A stretch of DNA of 61,641 nt, filler included, from Asterionella formosa (Eukaryota): the NCBI GenBank assembly GCA_002256025.1. It is 25 parts of 25 records of this genome, joined end to end, with 100 filler letters (N's around TTAATTAATTAA, not from the genome) between each part and the next. Parts side by side here need not be neighbours in the genome. Positions count along the whole stretch, not along the records: positions 1 to 2,378 come from NKIB01015350.1; positions 2,479 to 4,856 come from NKIB01015352.1; positions 4,957 to 7,334 come from NKIB01015353.1; positions 7,435 to 9,808 come from NKIB01015354.1; positions 9,909 to 12,282 come from NKIB01015355.1; positions 12,383 to 14,755 come from NKIB01015357.1; 19 more parts are not named here. One strand, given 5' to 3'. Under the pieces are notes generated by a model, which searched no databases, was not told the DNA's origin, and saw only the letters and a list, made by a program, of their open reading frames with translations. Of this stretch, positions 1 through 12,610 are shown piece after piece; within the stretch, counting starts at the first letter, position 1; each line of letters opens with the position of its first letter. The translations under genes and the position numbers were made by a program.

Positions 1-286
1 TGGTACCTGGTACCTGGTACCTGGTACTCGGTATGCAGCAGCGGTAGACTACTTCGTACCTGCTGGTAAGGAGAGGAAGGTGTGATTGATGGGACACCAA
101 CTTAAATTCTTTTGCAGTCTGACTGCAATGATGCTAGCTCTTTCTAGACAAGCTCAGTGTATTAATACCTTCTATTCTAATCCCACCTTATTGTGAGCTT
201 ATTTGATCTATCTTGTAATCGTTCACATGACCAATTATTACGGTTCTCCTCCCAAATTTGTTTATATATATATATATTCATTGTGT

Positions 287-584
287 TGTTAGACATTCAA
301 TTCTCAACTGAAAACTCAACTCAACTCAACTCCACTCACTTAGTAGAACAATCGTGAATATTCAATGCTATCTGCATTGCATATATACCTTTCCTTCATT
401 GAAATATTGATTACTTAGAACATTCTCCATTCGAATATTTACCTTGGTTTGCTGATATACTAGTTCTTGGCAATCAATGCTGTTCAAATTCTCACAGCAT
501 TTCAATAAGGGATTTTGGCTGGAATATTATTCAAAATTGATTAGTTCGACTGAACTAATATGCACGCAGTACTAAATCTTGACA
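287..584 (-). mobile_element. Solo LTR of a Copia-type retrotransposon
   Basis: ~414-584 is the reverse complement of the LTR that starts TGTCAAGATTTAG at ~26920 after the Copia RNase H remnant; termini TGTCAAG...CTAACA; left boundary approximate and no clean TSD. Confidence 0.65.
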
Positions 585-2378
585 ACCAACAACAGGTGAA
601 GGAGGGAAGTATGAGCTGCCAGAATGTTTTTGGAACTACCGGGTATATACTTGGGTTGTACTCCCAGCAGATCTAGATGCAATGTCGCCTAGTTTTGAAA
701 CTAGCTAAGGTGGATGACATCAGCCAGTCGACTCTCGTCTTGAAGGATTTTTGACTCCTGACTACTAGTATTATTGGTGGTAGCAGGAGTGACAAGTACG
801 CAGAATGATGATTGAGAGTCCAGAAATGCCTCAAATGTGGTGTTTGAAGAAGTTTTCAACAATTAAAAAGTTGATGAACTAACAGAAATGATGCAGGATG
901 TGCGTCAAAGAGGTAGGAGGGAGGAAGCAATTCTGTCAGTATTGTATTCTTTCTGTTAGTACACCAAAAACTATTTGTTCTTTGGTAGGAATGCAAATTT
1001 GGAACTAGGTTTGTAAGGTGGCTAAAAATGTTAAAAGGCTTGAGCAGGATAGAGTAAGAACAGTGGAGTATCATTGTTGCTTTAGTGGCAAAGCGTTGTG
1101 TGGGATATGATGACTGCCCTACTTTGAGCTGCATTCTTTTCACTGCCACATTGCAAATTGACAAAATGTATGAGGTATATATTCCAGATAGAACAGTGCC
1201 ACAGATTATATTGCCAATCAATTGATATCTGCTGATCATTACACTGGTGGTCATACACAAATAGTATGTATTTAGGTTATTATTACACAGATGCATGATT
1301 TCATATGTACTACTGTAGTTACATTATTTTTTCCACTATTTTTCATTAGCTATACATTGATTGATTTCACTTCATTTTGGGTATATATATATTATACATA
1401 TACACTTTTTTCCAAACGAAACATATAACTTTCTGGGTCACTACCCTCTATTATTTATACTAGTACTCTGGTACACGGCCTACAGCTGTTTCCGTGGCGC
1501 TGCTGCTGCTTCAATCACCCTTGGCCATGGCGCTTTCCGCCCATGCTGCTCCTCCCCCTCCTGCTCCTCCTTATATTTCTATAGCTGACACTGTCTCCTT
1601 CACTACTGTTCATCTCCCGTGCAAATCCTCTCTTGAATCCTCCAAATCTACATTTGAAACTTCTTTCGAAACTGTAAATCCCCAATTGGGTGTATAATTC
1701 CACTGTAATTGAATCTCTTTTACCCTGTCTCGCCCAACTGACCCTCCGACCACTACTCTCGACCCTCCTTCACACATTCACACTCACCGCTTCGGTCCAC
1801 AACAACAAAAAGCGCTCGTTCATCCCCATACTCCAAATGACATCTTCGCCAACTCCCTTGCCACTACTGCTAGACCACTGTTATACCTTGGCATCAACCG
1901 GCCACCCCAATGCAACATCATCACTCCTCTCAGCCCTTAACACCATTCCATCATATGTGATCTTACCTTACTCTTCAGCCCTACATTTCATCCTGGCAAT
2001 TGATTGCCAGGATTCACAATTCAAATTCAAATTCACCGAAATAGCAATACAGTTTGCTATATATGTCCTGCATCTCTCAAGACCCTTCTCTTGCTCTCAC
2101 CTTATGTCTTCATCAGGCTACCACTTTCATTGATTTGTCAACATTTTCGACTCTCCTGCAAATATTTCATTCTTCCAAAATGGCCATGTAGTTTCAATAC
2201 TATGTCTTTCTACTTCTTGATTGGCCTTCCTCTCTGCCCTCGTTACCCCCCTATACTGGGTGGGATATACACACTCTAAGAGCCATATGTGGTCTCCTTG
2301 ACCTTGCTTGCCATCTCTACGGTTGTTTCCTAGTCTGCAACCCCTAGCTAAGAGTCCCTCAATGACTCACCCTCACTC

Positions 2379-2478
2379 NNNNNNNNNNNNNNNNNNNNNN
2401 NNNNNNNNNNNNNNNNNNNNNNTTAATTAATTAANNNNNNNNNNNNNNNNNNNNNNNNNNNNNNNNNNNNNNNNNNNN
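2379..2478. other. Artificial contig-joining spacer (N44-TTAATTAATTAA-N44); first of 24 identical spacers spaced ~2.47 kb apart
   Basis: Identical 100-bp N blocks with a six-frame stop linker recur through the window (e.g. 4857-4956, 7335-7434, ... 59180-59279); contig lengths decline from ~2378 to ~2362 bp. Confidence 0.98.
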
Positions 2479-2507
2479 TACTGCTGTGACCCATTACTGG
2501 CAAATTT

Positions 2508-2848
2508 TGTCGACATAAAATGGTTCGTATCTCAGTACCTCGACCTTCAATGAGAATACCGACTGATCCGCAACCTGCTGACTCCTTTGGTTAAGAAGAC
2601 CTGGAAGTTTGATTCTCGCAAGGCATGGAATAGGTTTAGTCGAACTAATCAAACGAATTGGAGAACTCAGTGAGTCACAGCAGTTCTTTACTGGTACCGG
2701 GAAGCTGGTAGGAGACTAGACTCGGCGACTCTACAACCTATTCTACTGGTAAAACTAAGGATATTTAGTCTATCAACTCTGGCAACAGGTTAATATAAGA
2801 TTACATACTAGACTTGAGATATGTCATAGCCTATCAACTCTAGCAACA
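2508..2848 (+). mobile_element. Possible solo LTR
   Basis: TGTCG...GCAACA termini and a duplicated 3' motif CTATCAACTCT(G/A)GCAACA (2770-2787, 2831-2848); no convincing TSD. Confidence 0.3.
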
Positions 2849-3386
2849 TTTTTTTTGCTGTTCCAAGGCGCCAGGAGAAAACCTATCCGACCACTTTGCC
2901 CGCCTGCCCCATCTGTGTGGGGTGCTTGGGGGGCATCATGGGAGGATTCCTCTCCCCAATTCACTTTTTCAGGAGTGGTTTGAAACACCCTGTCATCTGT
3001 GTGAGTGTAATGGTGTCTGGTGAGGCACCATGCCCCTATCAGTTGGACAAAGTAGTATGAGACTTACACTCAATAAAAACCTGTGTACAGCCCTAGTAGT
3101 CTTGACCAGTACAGGGTCTGCCCTACCCATTGGGGCATTGGCCCATGGAATTCTAACAGCAGGTAAACAGGAAACCACATAGCAAAACAAAATGAACTAT
3201 GCTTGTGTATCATACTACCAGGTACAACGCGAACAGAACGGTGTGCAGAGCAATGAGGAAACAAATGAGCACATGACAATGAGAAAGTAGTTATTGAGAA
3301 AGCTACATAGAATCGACTTTCAAAAACAGCAAAAGTGAAACCCATTGGTTAGGAGCTGTTACAAATCTCGCTAATTACATAAGCGG

Positions 3387-4775
3387 CTATAGTGGACAAA
3401 TCCAACCCACAACAATCCATGCTGTGGCACACCATGCCCAGGGTTTTACATCACACACTTGCACTTGAAATCCAACTTCTCCTTTTCCAGTCTTTCCTGT
3501 CAGATTAAAGAGAAAACCGACTTTCCCAGGCATTGAAAGGTCTACCCTTGCTGTCCCTGAAATAACTTTTGCTGACGTGACATTAAGATTCATATCTGGA
3601 TCAGTTATTGGAGATGGTATGGATAAAATGGTTCCACATTGAGACGTTTCGACCCTCGTCGTCGCTGCTGTTGCTATCGGTGCCCGGTTGTTAGATACAA
3701 TCGTCCACCATGCTTCAGTACATTGAAAGGTTGTCTTGTCGCATGCCTTTATTTTGATGGAATCTCCGCCAGGAGATGTAGCCTTGTATGTAATAGTACT
3801 GTTACCAAAAACCTGAACAGTTCCCTTGGTGGGAGCTTGAAGTACATATAGAAGCAGTGTGTTGGGTAGAATCCACGTGTCGGAAGCTCCAGCAAACACT
3901 GTTGATGTCTTTGCAGGTACAGTCACCGGGAGTGGGACAATACCGACCGTTTGTTGCAGGTTGACATTGTCATAAAATGCATCGTGTACATGAACCCCCT
4001 GACAGTCGTATAAATTTTGGGCTTCCAATGTAGCACTTACTCCTTCGCCTGAAAATTTCACTTCGCGAGCAATGTTATAGGCCGTGAGGTCAACTTTGGT
4101 TCTATTTTGAGTTGGAGATACCAATTCAACATAAAGGTATTTACTCTGTGCAAAGTCCATGGCAAGTGTCAATTTCCACCACCCCTTTGCCGAAACTATA
4201 TTCGGTAGACCTGTTATATTGACCCATGCTGCACTTTCGCTCGTTGTTGATGATGGTGAGGTTCGTGCCCATAGATTCCATTTGTTCGTGACAAATGAAT
4301 TCCCAACATATTGGAGTCCACCAATCATGGTTCTCATAGTTGGGTTCAATTGCGGTCTCGTCAGCCCCACAGGGAAGGTAGATTGCAAACTAAATTCAGG
4401 TCCAGTTTGTGTCATTGGCAAAATGGATGGATCCACAAGTGCATAAGTGGAATATGTAAATCGCCCCGTGACGCCCACATTGGATAGCTTTCGTTGGGCC
4501 AAAACATGATTGGATCCAGGAACTTGTTTCACATTGGATCGAACGGCCAAACTACCGCGTCCCTGATACCAGACGGTTGTGTTTCGAATCACGGCACCTA
4601 CACCAGTGTTGGCACAGGCATTGACAACTTCTTCAAAGGTGGTCCAAGAAAACGTACTGTTGTCGTTTTCGAAGGTATCGTTGAATAGGAGTGGTTTACC
4701 TGGTATGGCTGGATAGTTGATTTGAGCCTTGGCGGCAGAGATAAGAATCAGGAAGGCGAGATTAGTCTTGACCAT
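3387..4775 (-). CDS. Intronless secreted protein, 462 aa: signal peptide, putative ConA/polysaccharide-lyase-like beta-sandwich, then C-terminal Ig/cadherin-like repeats
   Basis: Complete ORF with ATG and stop; hydrophobic leader MVKTNLAFLILISAAKA; 'FNDTFEN' start and 'FYDNVNL' end typical of lectin-like folds; 'APTKGTVQV..NSTITY...DSIKIKACD' and 'NRAPIA' resemble bacterial Ig (Big) repeats; many N-x-S/T sequons. Confidence 0.8.
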   Translation of the reverse strand: MVKTNLAFLILISAAKAQINYPAIPGKPLLFNDTFENDNSTFSWTTFEEVVNACANTGVGAVIRNTTVWYQGRGSLAVRSNVKQVPGSNHVLAQRKLSNVGVTGRFTYSTYALVDPSILPMTQTGPEFSLQSTFPVGLTRPQLNPTMRTMIGGLQYVGNSFVTNKWNLWARTSPSSTTSESAAWVNITGLPNIVSAKGWWKLTLAMDFAQSKYLYVELVSPTQNRTKVDLTAYNIAREVKFSGEGVSATLEAQNLYDCQGVHVHDAFYDNVNLQQTVGIVPLPVTVPAKTSTVFAGASDTWILPNTLLLYVLQAPTKGTVQVFGNSTITYKATSPGGDSIKIKACDKTTFQCTEAWWTIVSNNRAPIATAATTRVETSQCGTILSIPSPITDPDMNLNVTSAKVISGTARVDLSMPGKVGFLFNLTGKTGKGEVGFQVQVCDVKPWAWCATAWIVVGWICPL

Positions 4776-4957
4776 GGTTAGTATCCCGGAACTTTTGTTT
4801 TGATATTAGGGTGAGGTGGGTGAAACAACAGTTCAAAGGAAATGAAAAAAGTGTAANNNNNNNNNNNNNNNNNNNNNNNNNNNNNNNNNNNNNNNNNNNN
4901 TTAATTAATTAANNNNNNNNNNNNNNNNNNNNNNNNNNNNNNNNNNNNNNNNNNNNG

Positions 4958-7334
4958 AACTTATCGTTTGCACAGTTAGAAGGAAAATGTTACTGCTGCG
5001 GAAAAGCAGGTCACAAATCTCCTTCGTGCCGAGACAAGAATAAACCCAAAGAGGAATGGGCTATCAACAAGGCCCAAAGCCATGCACAGGCACAGGCTAC
5101 TAATACATCCGACACGAGTACAGTTACCTCTGTTAATTCCAACAACCCGCCGTCATCACAAGCTTCACAACAAGCAAATGCCAATCAATTTGGATGGACG
5201 GGAGCTCATATGAAACTACAATTTTACCAAGCATCTGAGATGCGTGACTGGATACTATTGGATAATCAATCAAGTGTCACAGTCTTTTGCAATCCAAAAA
5301 TGGTTAATAACATTCGAATGTCAACCAACGGAAGCATGCACCTGGCCACAAATGGTGGATCCATGGTAACTAATATGAAGGCTGATCTTCCAGAATGGGG
5401 AGAAGTATGGTTTAATGAAAAGGCTATCACAAACATCTTCAGTTATGCCGAAATGGCAGATAGGTACAGAATTACCTATGACTCTGGGATGAACTTATAT
5501 GTTTTCAAGCCAACTACAAGAATTAGAGCGGAGAATGCTCAAATGTTAAATACACTTGAAGAAAACAAAACATTTTACACTGAACGTCAATTTCAGAGAG
5601 CTAAGCAAGCTCATGATCTATTTCATGCCTTGGGTACACCATCAATTAATGATTTCAAGGCAATAATTCGTATGAATACGATCAACAATAATCCAGTGAC
5701 TACCGATGATATCAAAATTGCAGAGAAAATTTTTGGACCTGACATCGGAACACTAAAAGGCAAGACAACTCGTCGCAAGCCGCTGCCAGTCGTGAACGAC
5801 TACATCGAGATTCCTAAGGAGCTTATCCAAGCTCAACGTGAAGTGACTCTTTGCATGGATGGAATGAAAGTCAATGGACAATCATTTCTCACAACAATTT
5901 CTCGAAACATTATGTATAGGACAGCGCAATGGGTCAAGAATCAGACAGCTGAAGTCTATCGAGATGCTTTGATTCAGGTATTCCGTGTTTATAATACCGG
6001 AGGATTTAAAATTACAACAATCCACTGTGACAACGAGTTTCGACCTTTGATGGAACAAATTTCCAATGAATTTCAAGTCACTATGAACTACGCAAACCCA
6101 CAAGAACATGTTCCCGAAGCGGAGCGAAATAATCGAGTGATTAAAGAACGCGTGCGCGCAGCTTATCATCGATTACCTTTCAAACATTTGCCGCGACTGA
6201 TGATTAAGATTCTAGTCACAGAATCTGCAAGGAAACTGAATTTCTTTCCGGAAAAGAACGGGATATCCCCGTATTACAGTCCTCGTATGATTTTACATCA
6301 ACAAAACCTGGACTATGCTCGACATTGCCAGTATACATTTGGCACTTATGTCCAAGCACATGAAGAACCTGTGTTTTCAAACACAAATGCACCTCGCAGC
6401 CTAGATTGCATTTTTCTACGCTACAATGACAATGTGCAAGGAGGTCATGAATTGTTACACCTACCTACAAACTCATTGATCACTAGACGAACAATTACTC
6501 CTCTACCACTTACCCCAGCAATCATGAATCAAGTACACGCCCTTGCTGTGCAGGAAAATATGCCAGATGGTCTCAAGATAGCAAATCGAACGGGGCAACT
6601 ATTTTATGATAGTGCTTGGATTGCAGGAGTGGATTATGATAATGAAGCATTTGAAGATGCACAAGATGAAGATTATGAAGATCAAGATGCTAGTGACAAC
6701 GAAAGCAATGATGAAATTCTCGGAGAAGAAGACTATGATGAAATGACTCCGGATGAAATATATGAAGCAGAACAGCTCGAATTAAACGACAATACTCAAG
6801 AGGATGACCCTGAACCTGACGAGGGCAACAATGAGAATAATATTGAAATGAATTCAGATGAAATCCAAGATGAGGATGAAGAGCCAGCAAATGAAACTGA
6901 AAATGAAGAGGCAATGTTAGAAGTCAATCCAAGCACTCAGGATGACTCAGACCCAAATGTTAGAACTACAAGGTCTGGAAGAGTCTCAAGACCACCATCA
7001 AAACTAACTATGGTCCAAAATCATTTGCATACCCAAGCACACTGTCGAGAAGAATACACGACTGATAATGCGAAAGTGATCGCAAAGACAATGTGTTATA
7101 TGAATGAGATATGTATCGATAAAGAAGCATTTCACTTTGTTCAGTCATACAGCTTAAGGAAAGGCCTCAAGAAATTTGGCCAGAAAGGAAGAGACGCTGC
7201 ATATAAAGAAATGAAACAACTACATGATAGAGTTGTATTTGAACCGATTAGGATTGAAGACCTAACTGATATCGAAAAGCGACGTGCAATGGAAAGTCTA
7301 ATTTTTTTGGTTGAAAAGAGAGACAAGAGCATTA
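4958..7334 (+). mobile_element. Ty1/Copia (CoDi-type) gag-pol fragment: Zn knuckle, protease, integrase, acidic linker, start of RT; open at both contig ends
   Basis: Frame extends upstream of the called ORF to CYCCGKAGHKSPSC (CCHC knuckle); WILLDNQSS protease motif; integrase D..DNEF..EAERNNRVIKER; RT start KEMKQLHDR..ESLIFLVEKRD; INT before RT is the Copia order. Confidence 0.95.
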
Positions 7335-7436
7335 NNNNNNNNNNNNNNNNNNNNNNNNNNNNNNNNNNNNNNNNNNNNTTAATTAATTAANNNNNNNNNN
7401 NNNNNNNNNNNNNNNNNNNNNNNNNNNNNNNNNNAT

Positions 7437-7865
7437 GCAGACGGTAGCTATTCTTGTGAAAAAATCAACAATTCTTCCAAAAAGGTCTTGTCCTTTTGCA
7501 CGGCCTATGGCCTTCAAACCTTACAGCGCATTTTACTGCCCTTTGATAAGGATACCATAGATTTCCCATTCGACTATATTGAAGCCATGGCCTGCCCGTC
7601 TGGTTGTTTGAATGGAGGCGGACAAGTTAGACGAAGTGACAGGGAAGATCCCTCGGAAACTCGTCAGCGAGTGGCATTGAGCCAAGAGATAATGGAAACG
7701 TCTCGTGTAGTAGATGCGAGTAATACTGATATTTACAATGAAACGATTACTCCATTCGGGCATGACGCACAAACATTGTTGCATACTCGATATCATGTGG
7801 TCCCCCAATTGCAATTCAGCACAGGAGCAACAGCGGGAGTTGCAGTTCAAGATACCCACTGGTAG
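7437..7865 (+). CDS. NAR1: NAR1/NARF-like (iron-only hydrogenase-like) cytosolic Fe-S assembly protein, 3' part
   Basis: AYGLQTLQ, YIEAMACPSGCLNGGGQ (H-cluster motif 3, NARF-type) and LLHTRYH; 5' truncated at the contig edge. Confidence 0.88.
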   Translation, partial: ADGSYSCEKINNSSKKVLSFCTAYGLQTLQRILLPFDKDTIDFPFDYIEAMACPSGCLNGGGQVRRSDREDPSETRQRVALSQEIMETSRVVDASNTDIYNETITPFGHDAQTLLHTRYHVVPQLQFSTGATAGVAVQDTHW

Positions 7866-8702
7866 GGGCAAATACAAAAGTCGAAATGAATTGTGTCCAC
7901 GAAAACCGTGATTTAGCCCAAGACTACCCGAGCAAGATATAGACGTCACTCCATTGGCAAACGATTGCTTCCAAGAGACATTTACTTCGTGTGAATGCCA
8001 CACGTCTACCAGTACCAGTACCACTACTTTTATCACAGGGATCAGGGATCAAGGCTATATCAACAATACTGCACACATCAGGGTGGACTATCACATATAA
8101 ATCATTAGATAACAAAGTAGGAGTACATTTTAGTCCCTGGTCCCGGGTAGCAGAGGGACCTGCTTAAAAGTGCATTGCTGCATTTTATCCATGTATTGCA
8201 AGAGCTTAAAGGATCACTCCTTTCCCAGCACGGTGGAATCATCTGCAAAAGTGATCATATCAGGTACCTAGTACCACCTGATGATGTCACTCACTGCATC
8301 TTTCCATTGAACACAAGCAAAGAAGCACTGCCCTTGGAGTACCAGAGTTCCTGGAGACCAGGTAATACCAGCTGCACGGGCAACAGAGAGCGTACAAGGT
8401 AGGAATACCTGGTACTCCCACAGATGTAGTACCAGGTACCAGGTACCGGGGGTACCACATTCGCTCAGTATCCACATATTTATTTATATGTACCAGTACA
8501 CGGTATACGCTACATATTCAAGACGAGGAGCGAATGCCATCATGGTAAAAATGGCTGTATCATAGCTATCCTACACGTGTGTTTCAGGAATGGTGAAGGA
8601 AGAAATGAAACTGGCATGCACGCCTCAGCCAGCAAGCAGCAAGGTTGAAAAAAGTATGAGCGGCAAGCAAGTTGTTAGGTTGAATTTCACAAAGCAAACC
8701 AA

Positions 8703-8890
8703 TATATTATTTAGGCATGTCCTTCTGATACATAGTCCGGAGAATTATTCTTTTACATAGGATCATACAGAATTATTCCTAAAATTCTAATACTACAAAA
8801 TATTATTTACGCATGTCCTTCTGATATGACGGGGATTTATGTTCTTGTTTTGTAGGATCATACAGAATTATTCCTAAAATTCTAATACTA
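8703..8890. repeat. Two-copy direct repeat (~96 bp unit)
   Basis: TATTATTTA(G/C)GCATGTCCTTCTGATA...TAGGATCATACAGAATTATTCCTAAAATTCTAATACTA occurs twice. Confidence 0.8.
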
Positions 8891-9358
8891 GCTAATATGT
8901 AAATTACAAGGTCATATTCAATTTATCATAGCCATATACCGGTACTTGAAAGTATCATCTCCTTCAACCGACCGCTTTTAGTGTTCTCAATTACCGCGTC
9001 AACAACAGTTTGTGTTCGCTACTATGTATTGTGTACATAACCGCCAATGTTCTGATTTCTATGTAAATAATAGGGTAGGCAATTGACATCATGAATGAAT
9101 ATGAGTTGTCAAATGCGATGTTTGAAGTATATCGTACGTACAGAATGCTTCGTAGCCATCTTCGTTTTAATGTACATGCACAAGGTACCTGTAGAATGCT
9201 CTTCACAAAGAACCAGAGTCGAGGACGTCAAATCATGTTGACGCCACGAAGCAATGGCTGGCTTTTCTTCAACAGATATTTTCGCCGTTCTCATAATTTG
9301 AAGCACGTTGTAGCAATTCATAGACTTGCACAAAAATCTTTTCATCAACGAACAGAAA

Positions 9359-9808
9359 ATGAAGGCAGAAAGAAGGAACCGCAAAGTTATCATCACCGCC
9401 ATCATAGTCGGTGCAGTCTTCTTGGCAGGAGTAATCACTGCCTCAGTCTTACTCACGCGAGACGATGACACCACAAATACTAATCCATGGATTCCAGTAG
9501 ATACAGAAAACGTCCCAGCATCCCTACGTTTTGATGTGGCTACAAGTCTTGTTGAAGCCGGATGCTCAGATACCTCTGGAGTGAAGGGGCAAGAATGGCT
9601 TAACTCTCTACTCAGTAACGATGAACAGGTTGTGCTCGTTAAACTGAATGTGATCATCACTAAAACCATTTCCTCAAATAGTTCCGCGGCATTTCAGGTC
9701 TATTATCTTGTAAATGGTACTTTGATACCTCAGGGTGATCAACTTGTGGATCCTGACTTCACGCCCACCGCAGAGCTTTCGTTGGACTTGTCAAATGATG
9801 GATCAACA
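9359..9808 (+). CDS. Type II membrane-anchored hypothetical protein, 5' part
   Basis: ATG at 9359; basic N-terminus (RRNRK) followed by TM segment VIITAIIVGAVFLAGVITASVLL; open to the contig end. Confidence 0.65.
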
Positions 9809-10442
9809 NNNNNNNNNNNNNNNNNNNNNNNNNNNNNNNNNNNNNNNNNNNNTTAATTAATTAANNNNNNNNNNNNNNNNNNNNNNNNNNNNNNNNNNNN
9901 NNNNNNNNTGTTGGATCAAAAATGGATTTTACATCCAACAATCTGTCAATCGACCTATCCATCAGCCTTACAAACTGACTGGAATGGGGAATGATACATG
10001 GATACTCTATAATGGTACCATGGTACCTGGTACCCAAGGTAGCACTCGTAAGCGTTTGTATATAATAGTTTAGCTTGGATTATTCGATTCTTTACTGTAG
10101 ATAATTAATCTACCAGTACACCGGCAGCATTAGGGAGAACCGGTAACTTTGTTGTCATCGTGAGCGGCTGGAGTATGCATGGTGCATCATGTCGTCTCAG
10201 CCTCAACCATGACAAAATCACCAAATATCTCCATTAAAAAATGAAAACGACGCTTTGCTATTGGGTACATATATATTAAGGGTGCGGCCCCGCAGTTACA
10301 CATTTCGAGGTCCGCTTTTCCCCAAAATAATTTTATGATGTACCTTAATCCACACATTACGCACAAGTACATAAAATAGTTAAAGGTAAATTAGCTTTCA
10401 CCAATAGCTACGACCACTTTGCATATGCTTAGATACAGTCAT

Positions 10443-11177
10443 GGGTCGACTTAGGGGCATGTTCTATCTTTGGATATGGTATGGACCTCATTTCTGGAGA
10501 GAAACTGCAGTTATCCCTCTTGGAATTGTAACTATCCAAAAAATAGTCAAAAAAGGGGGCTATAAAGCTTTTTAAAAAATCTAAGAGGGATTACTGCAGT
10601 TTCTCTCGAGAAGTTAACTCCTGACGTTATAGTGTACACAGCTATCTACTTTTATCTTCATGAAACCCCGCAGATGTAGAGCAATCCTCCTCCAAAAAGT
10701 CGACCCGATTGGCTTTTTCAACAGTCGCCAAAACATTGGAATCGGAATTTGTATGTGCTAAAACGTTCTCGTATACTTAGAGTCTTGCGTAGGTATGTTT
10801 TGCTACATAATTCTCAGTCTTAAAAGACTCCAGGGTAAGTTAGGAGACAGAACCAACAAGAACACCATCAGTCTAAAAACGATGCAACAACTTCCAAAAA
10901 ACATGCAAACGATATAATAATTTCTAACCGTCTCCTATAAAAATAACTACATGTATGGTAAAATTTTAATCAATGGCTTTGAGCCACTTCAACTATTTTT
11001 GTCACTTTTAAAATGGATCGATCTCAGTTAAAATATGTTCAAGTAAAGAAATGATCAAATTCTCATGTAGCTTAATGAACTAACTAATATTGTGCCAAAG
11101 GGCGGAAGAGGGGATCGATTTTAGCATACTTCTAGAATTAGTCGGAAAACGATATAATAACGTGGCTCAAAGCCATT
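10443..11177. repeat. Region of nested inverted repeats (probable non-autonomous DNA transposon remnant)
   Basis: 33-bp IR 10492-10524 / 10580-10612 (3 mismatches); GGGTCGACTT / AAGTCGACCC at ~10443 / 10697; perfect 16-bp IR 10972-10987 / 11162-11177. Confidence 0.6.
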
Positions 11178-12382
11178 TATAACTGGTACCGCTAAGTACC
11201 CCCCTTCATGATCCTACCGGTACCAGTATATGTACTCGTAGTGAACAGTCCAGACAGTACTGGTACACGGGTACACGGGTACATGACATCAGGACCGGCA
11301 TATGTACTGTGATAAAGTATATTCAACATTATGGAGAGTCGACAGTCGATATAGTGTACAGCGTATAGTATATACCTGTGCATACATAAAATGCGCACGC
11401 ACCTTTTACTGTGAATACATAGCGGAGCTTATAAAACCGGTAGTTTTATTGGGTCGTTGCTATGATGATGCTGGCAGTTACGAATTTCCAGCCAATCCCA
11501 ACGACTCCGAAAACCCTTGATTTAAGATAGGTTATTTTCATCACTTCGGCCGGAAAAGGAGAACGATTTTGAGTTTGGAGAGAATGAAGCAACCTACCAG
11601 TAAGTAAGATGGACTTGCTTACTTTTGCTTAGCAACCGGTAACAGTTACTTGTTTTGCTTGGGGCCGCCCCTCTATTGCCCCGGTCATTGTTGTGTTTTC
11701 TTGTTGTTTCCATGTTTCGAAGAATAAAATTAGGATAAAACCTAGGACGTCACTAAGTGGTGATCACCATGCATACAGACGACTTTAAGAAGTGAATTGA
11801 TGACGTTTTCTATGTCAACAAACGCCTGTCCTGCGTCACTTTATCAATTTCAGGAAAATGACCGCAACTTGCAGGTACCGGTGCCAGGTACCTTGGTACC
11901 CGCAATTTGCGGTAATTGTGCTGGAACTAAAACTTTAGCTCCCTTGCTTTATCATTTATTAACAACCGCAGCTTGCTGCTACCAGGTACACTATTTTAGG
12001 GTACCAGGTACAGTAGACACATACGCACATGATATATATTAAATAATGATACCGGTAAGTTGACAACAATATTCATCAGTGAGGATAGAATCTTGCTTCC
12101 TCAGGGCTCAGAATCACCATTATATACCGGTAGTACATTCACTTATTAGCAACACAAACGCTCACTTCTCCCATCATCGCTCACACTCATAGCCTTTCAA
12201 GCATGTCAGCGTCCACATCTCAGCAAGTCACGCTGGTGGTGGCCACTGCCACTGCCACTGTGTTCACCATGATGGGAGTGGGNNNNNNNNNNNNNNNNNN
12301 NNNNNNNNNNNNNNNNNNNNNNNNNNTTAATTAATTAANNNNNNNNNNNNNNNNNNNNNNNNNNNNNNNNNNNNNNNNNNNN

Positions 12383-12610
12383 CGATGAAGTTGGCCATCT
12401 CCATCTTGATGCAAGTGGAGTTGTTCGTCATGTTGCCCTTGTCAGAAATGACCTTCTGAAAGTCCCGAAACTCGGTCAAGCTCATTTCTGATTCTTCTGC
12501 CATTGAGGGCTGCGCTGTATTTTCGTGTTGCATAAACAAGTCAGTTAAGAACGCCATTGAATTTCGTTGGAACGAAGCGGATTGGGCGTTTGGGTCATTA
12601 GAAGGAATCA
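12383..12610 (-). CDS. Possible 5' end of a hypothetical protein
   Basis: Open frame MIPSNDPNAQ... running off the contig edge with coding-like composition; no recognised motif. Confidence 0.35.

Noticed and set aside
856..2378. Several 60-150 aa ORFs in contig 1
   Set aside because: No recognisable motifs; low-complexity, strand-biased composition; likely spurious or highly decayed TE sequence
7437..7865. [FeFe]-hydrogenase
   Set aside because: The CPSGCLNGGGQ plus LLHTRYH C-terminus fits the ubiquitous eukaryotic NAR1/NARF better; the catalytic N-terminal motifs are not visible
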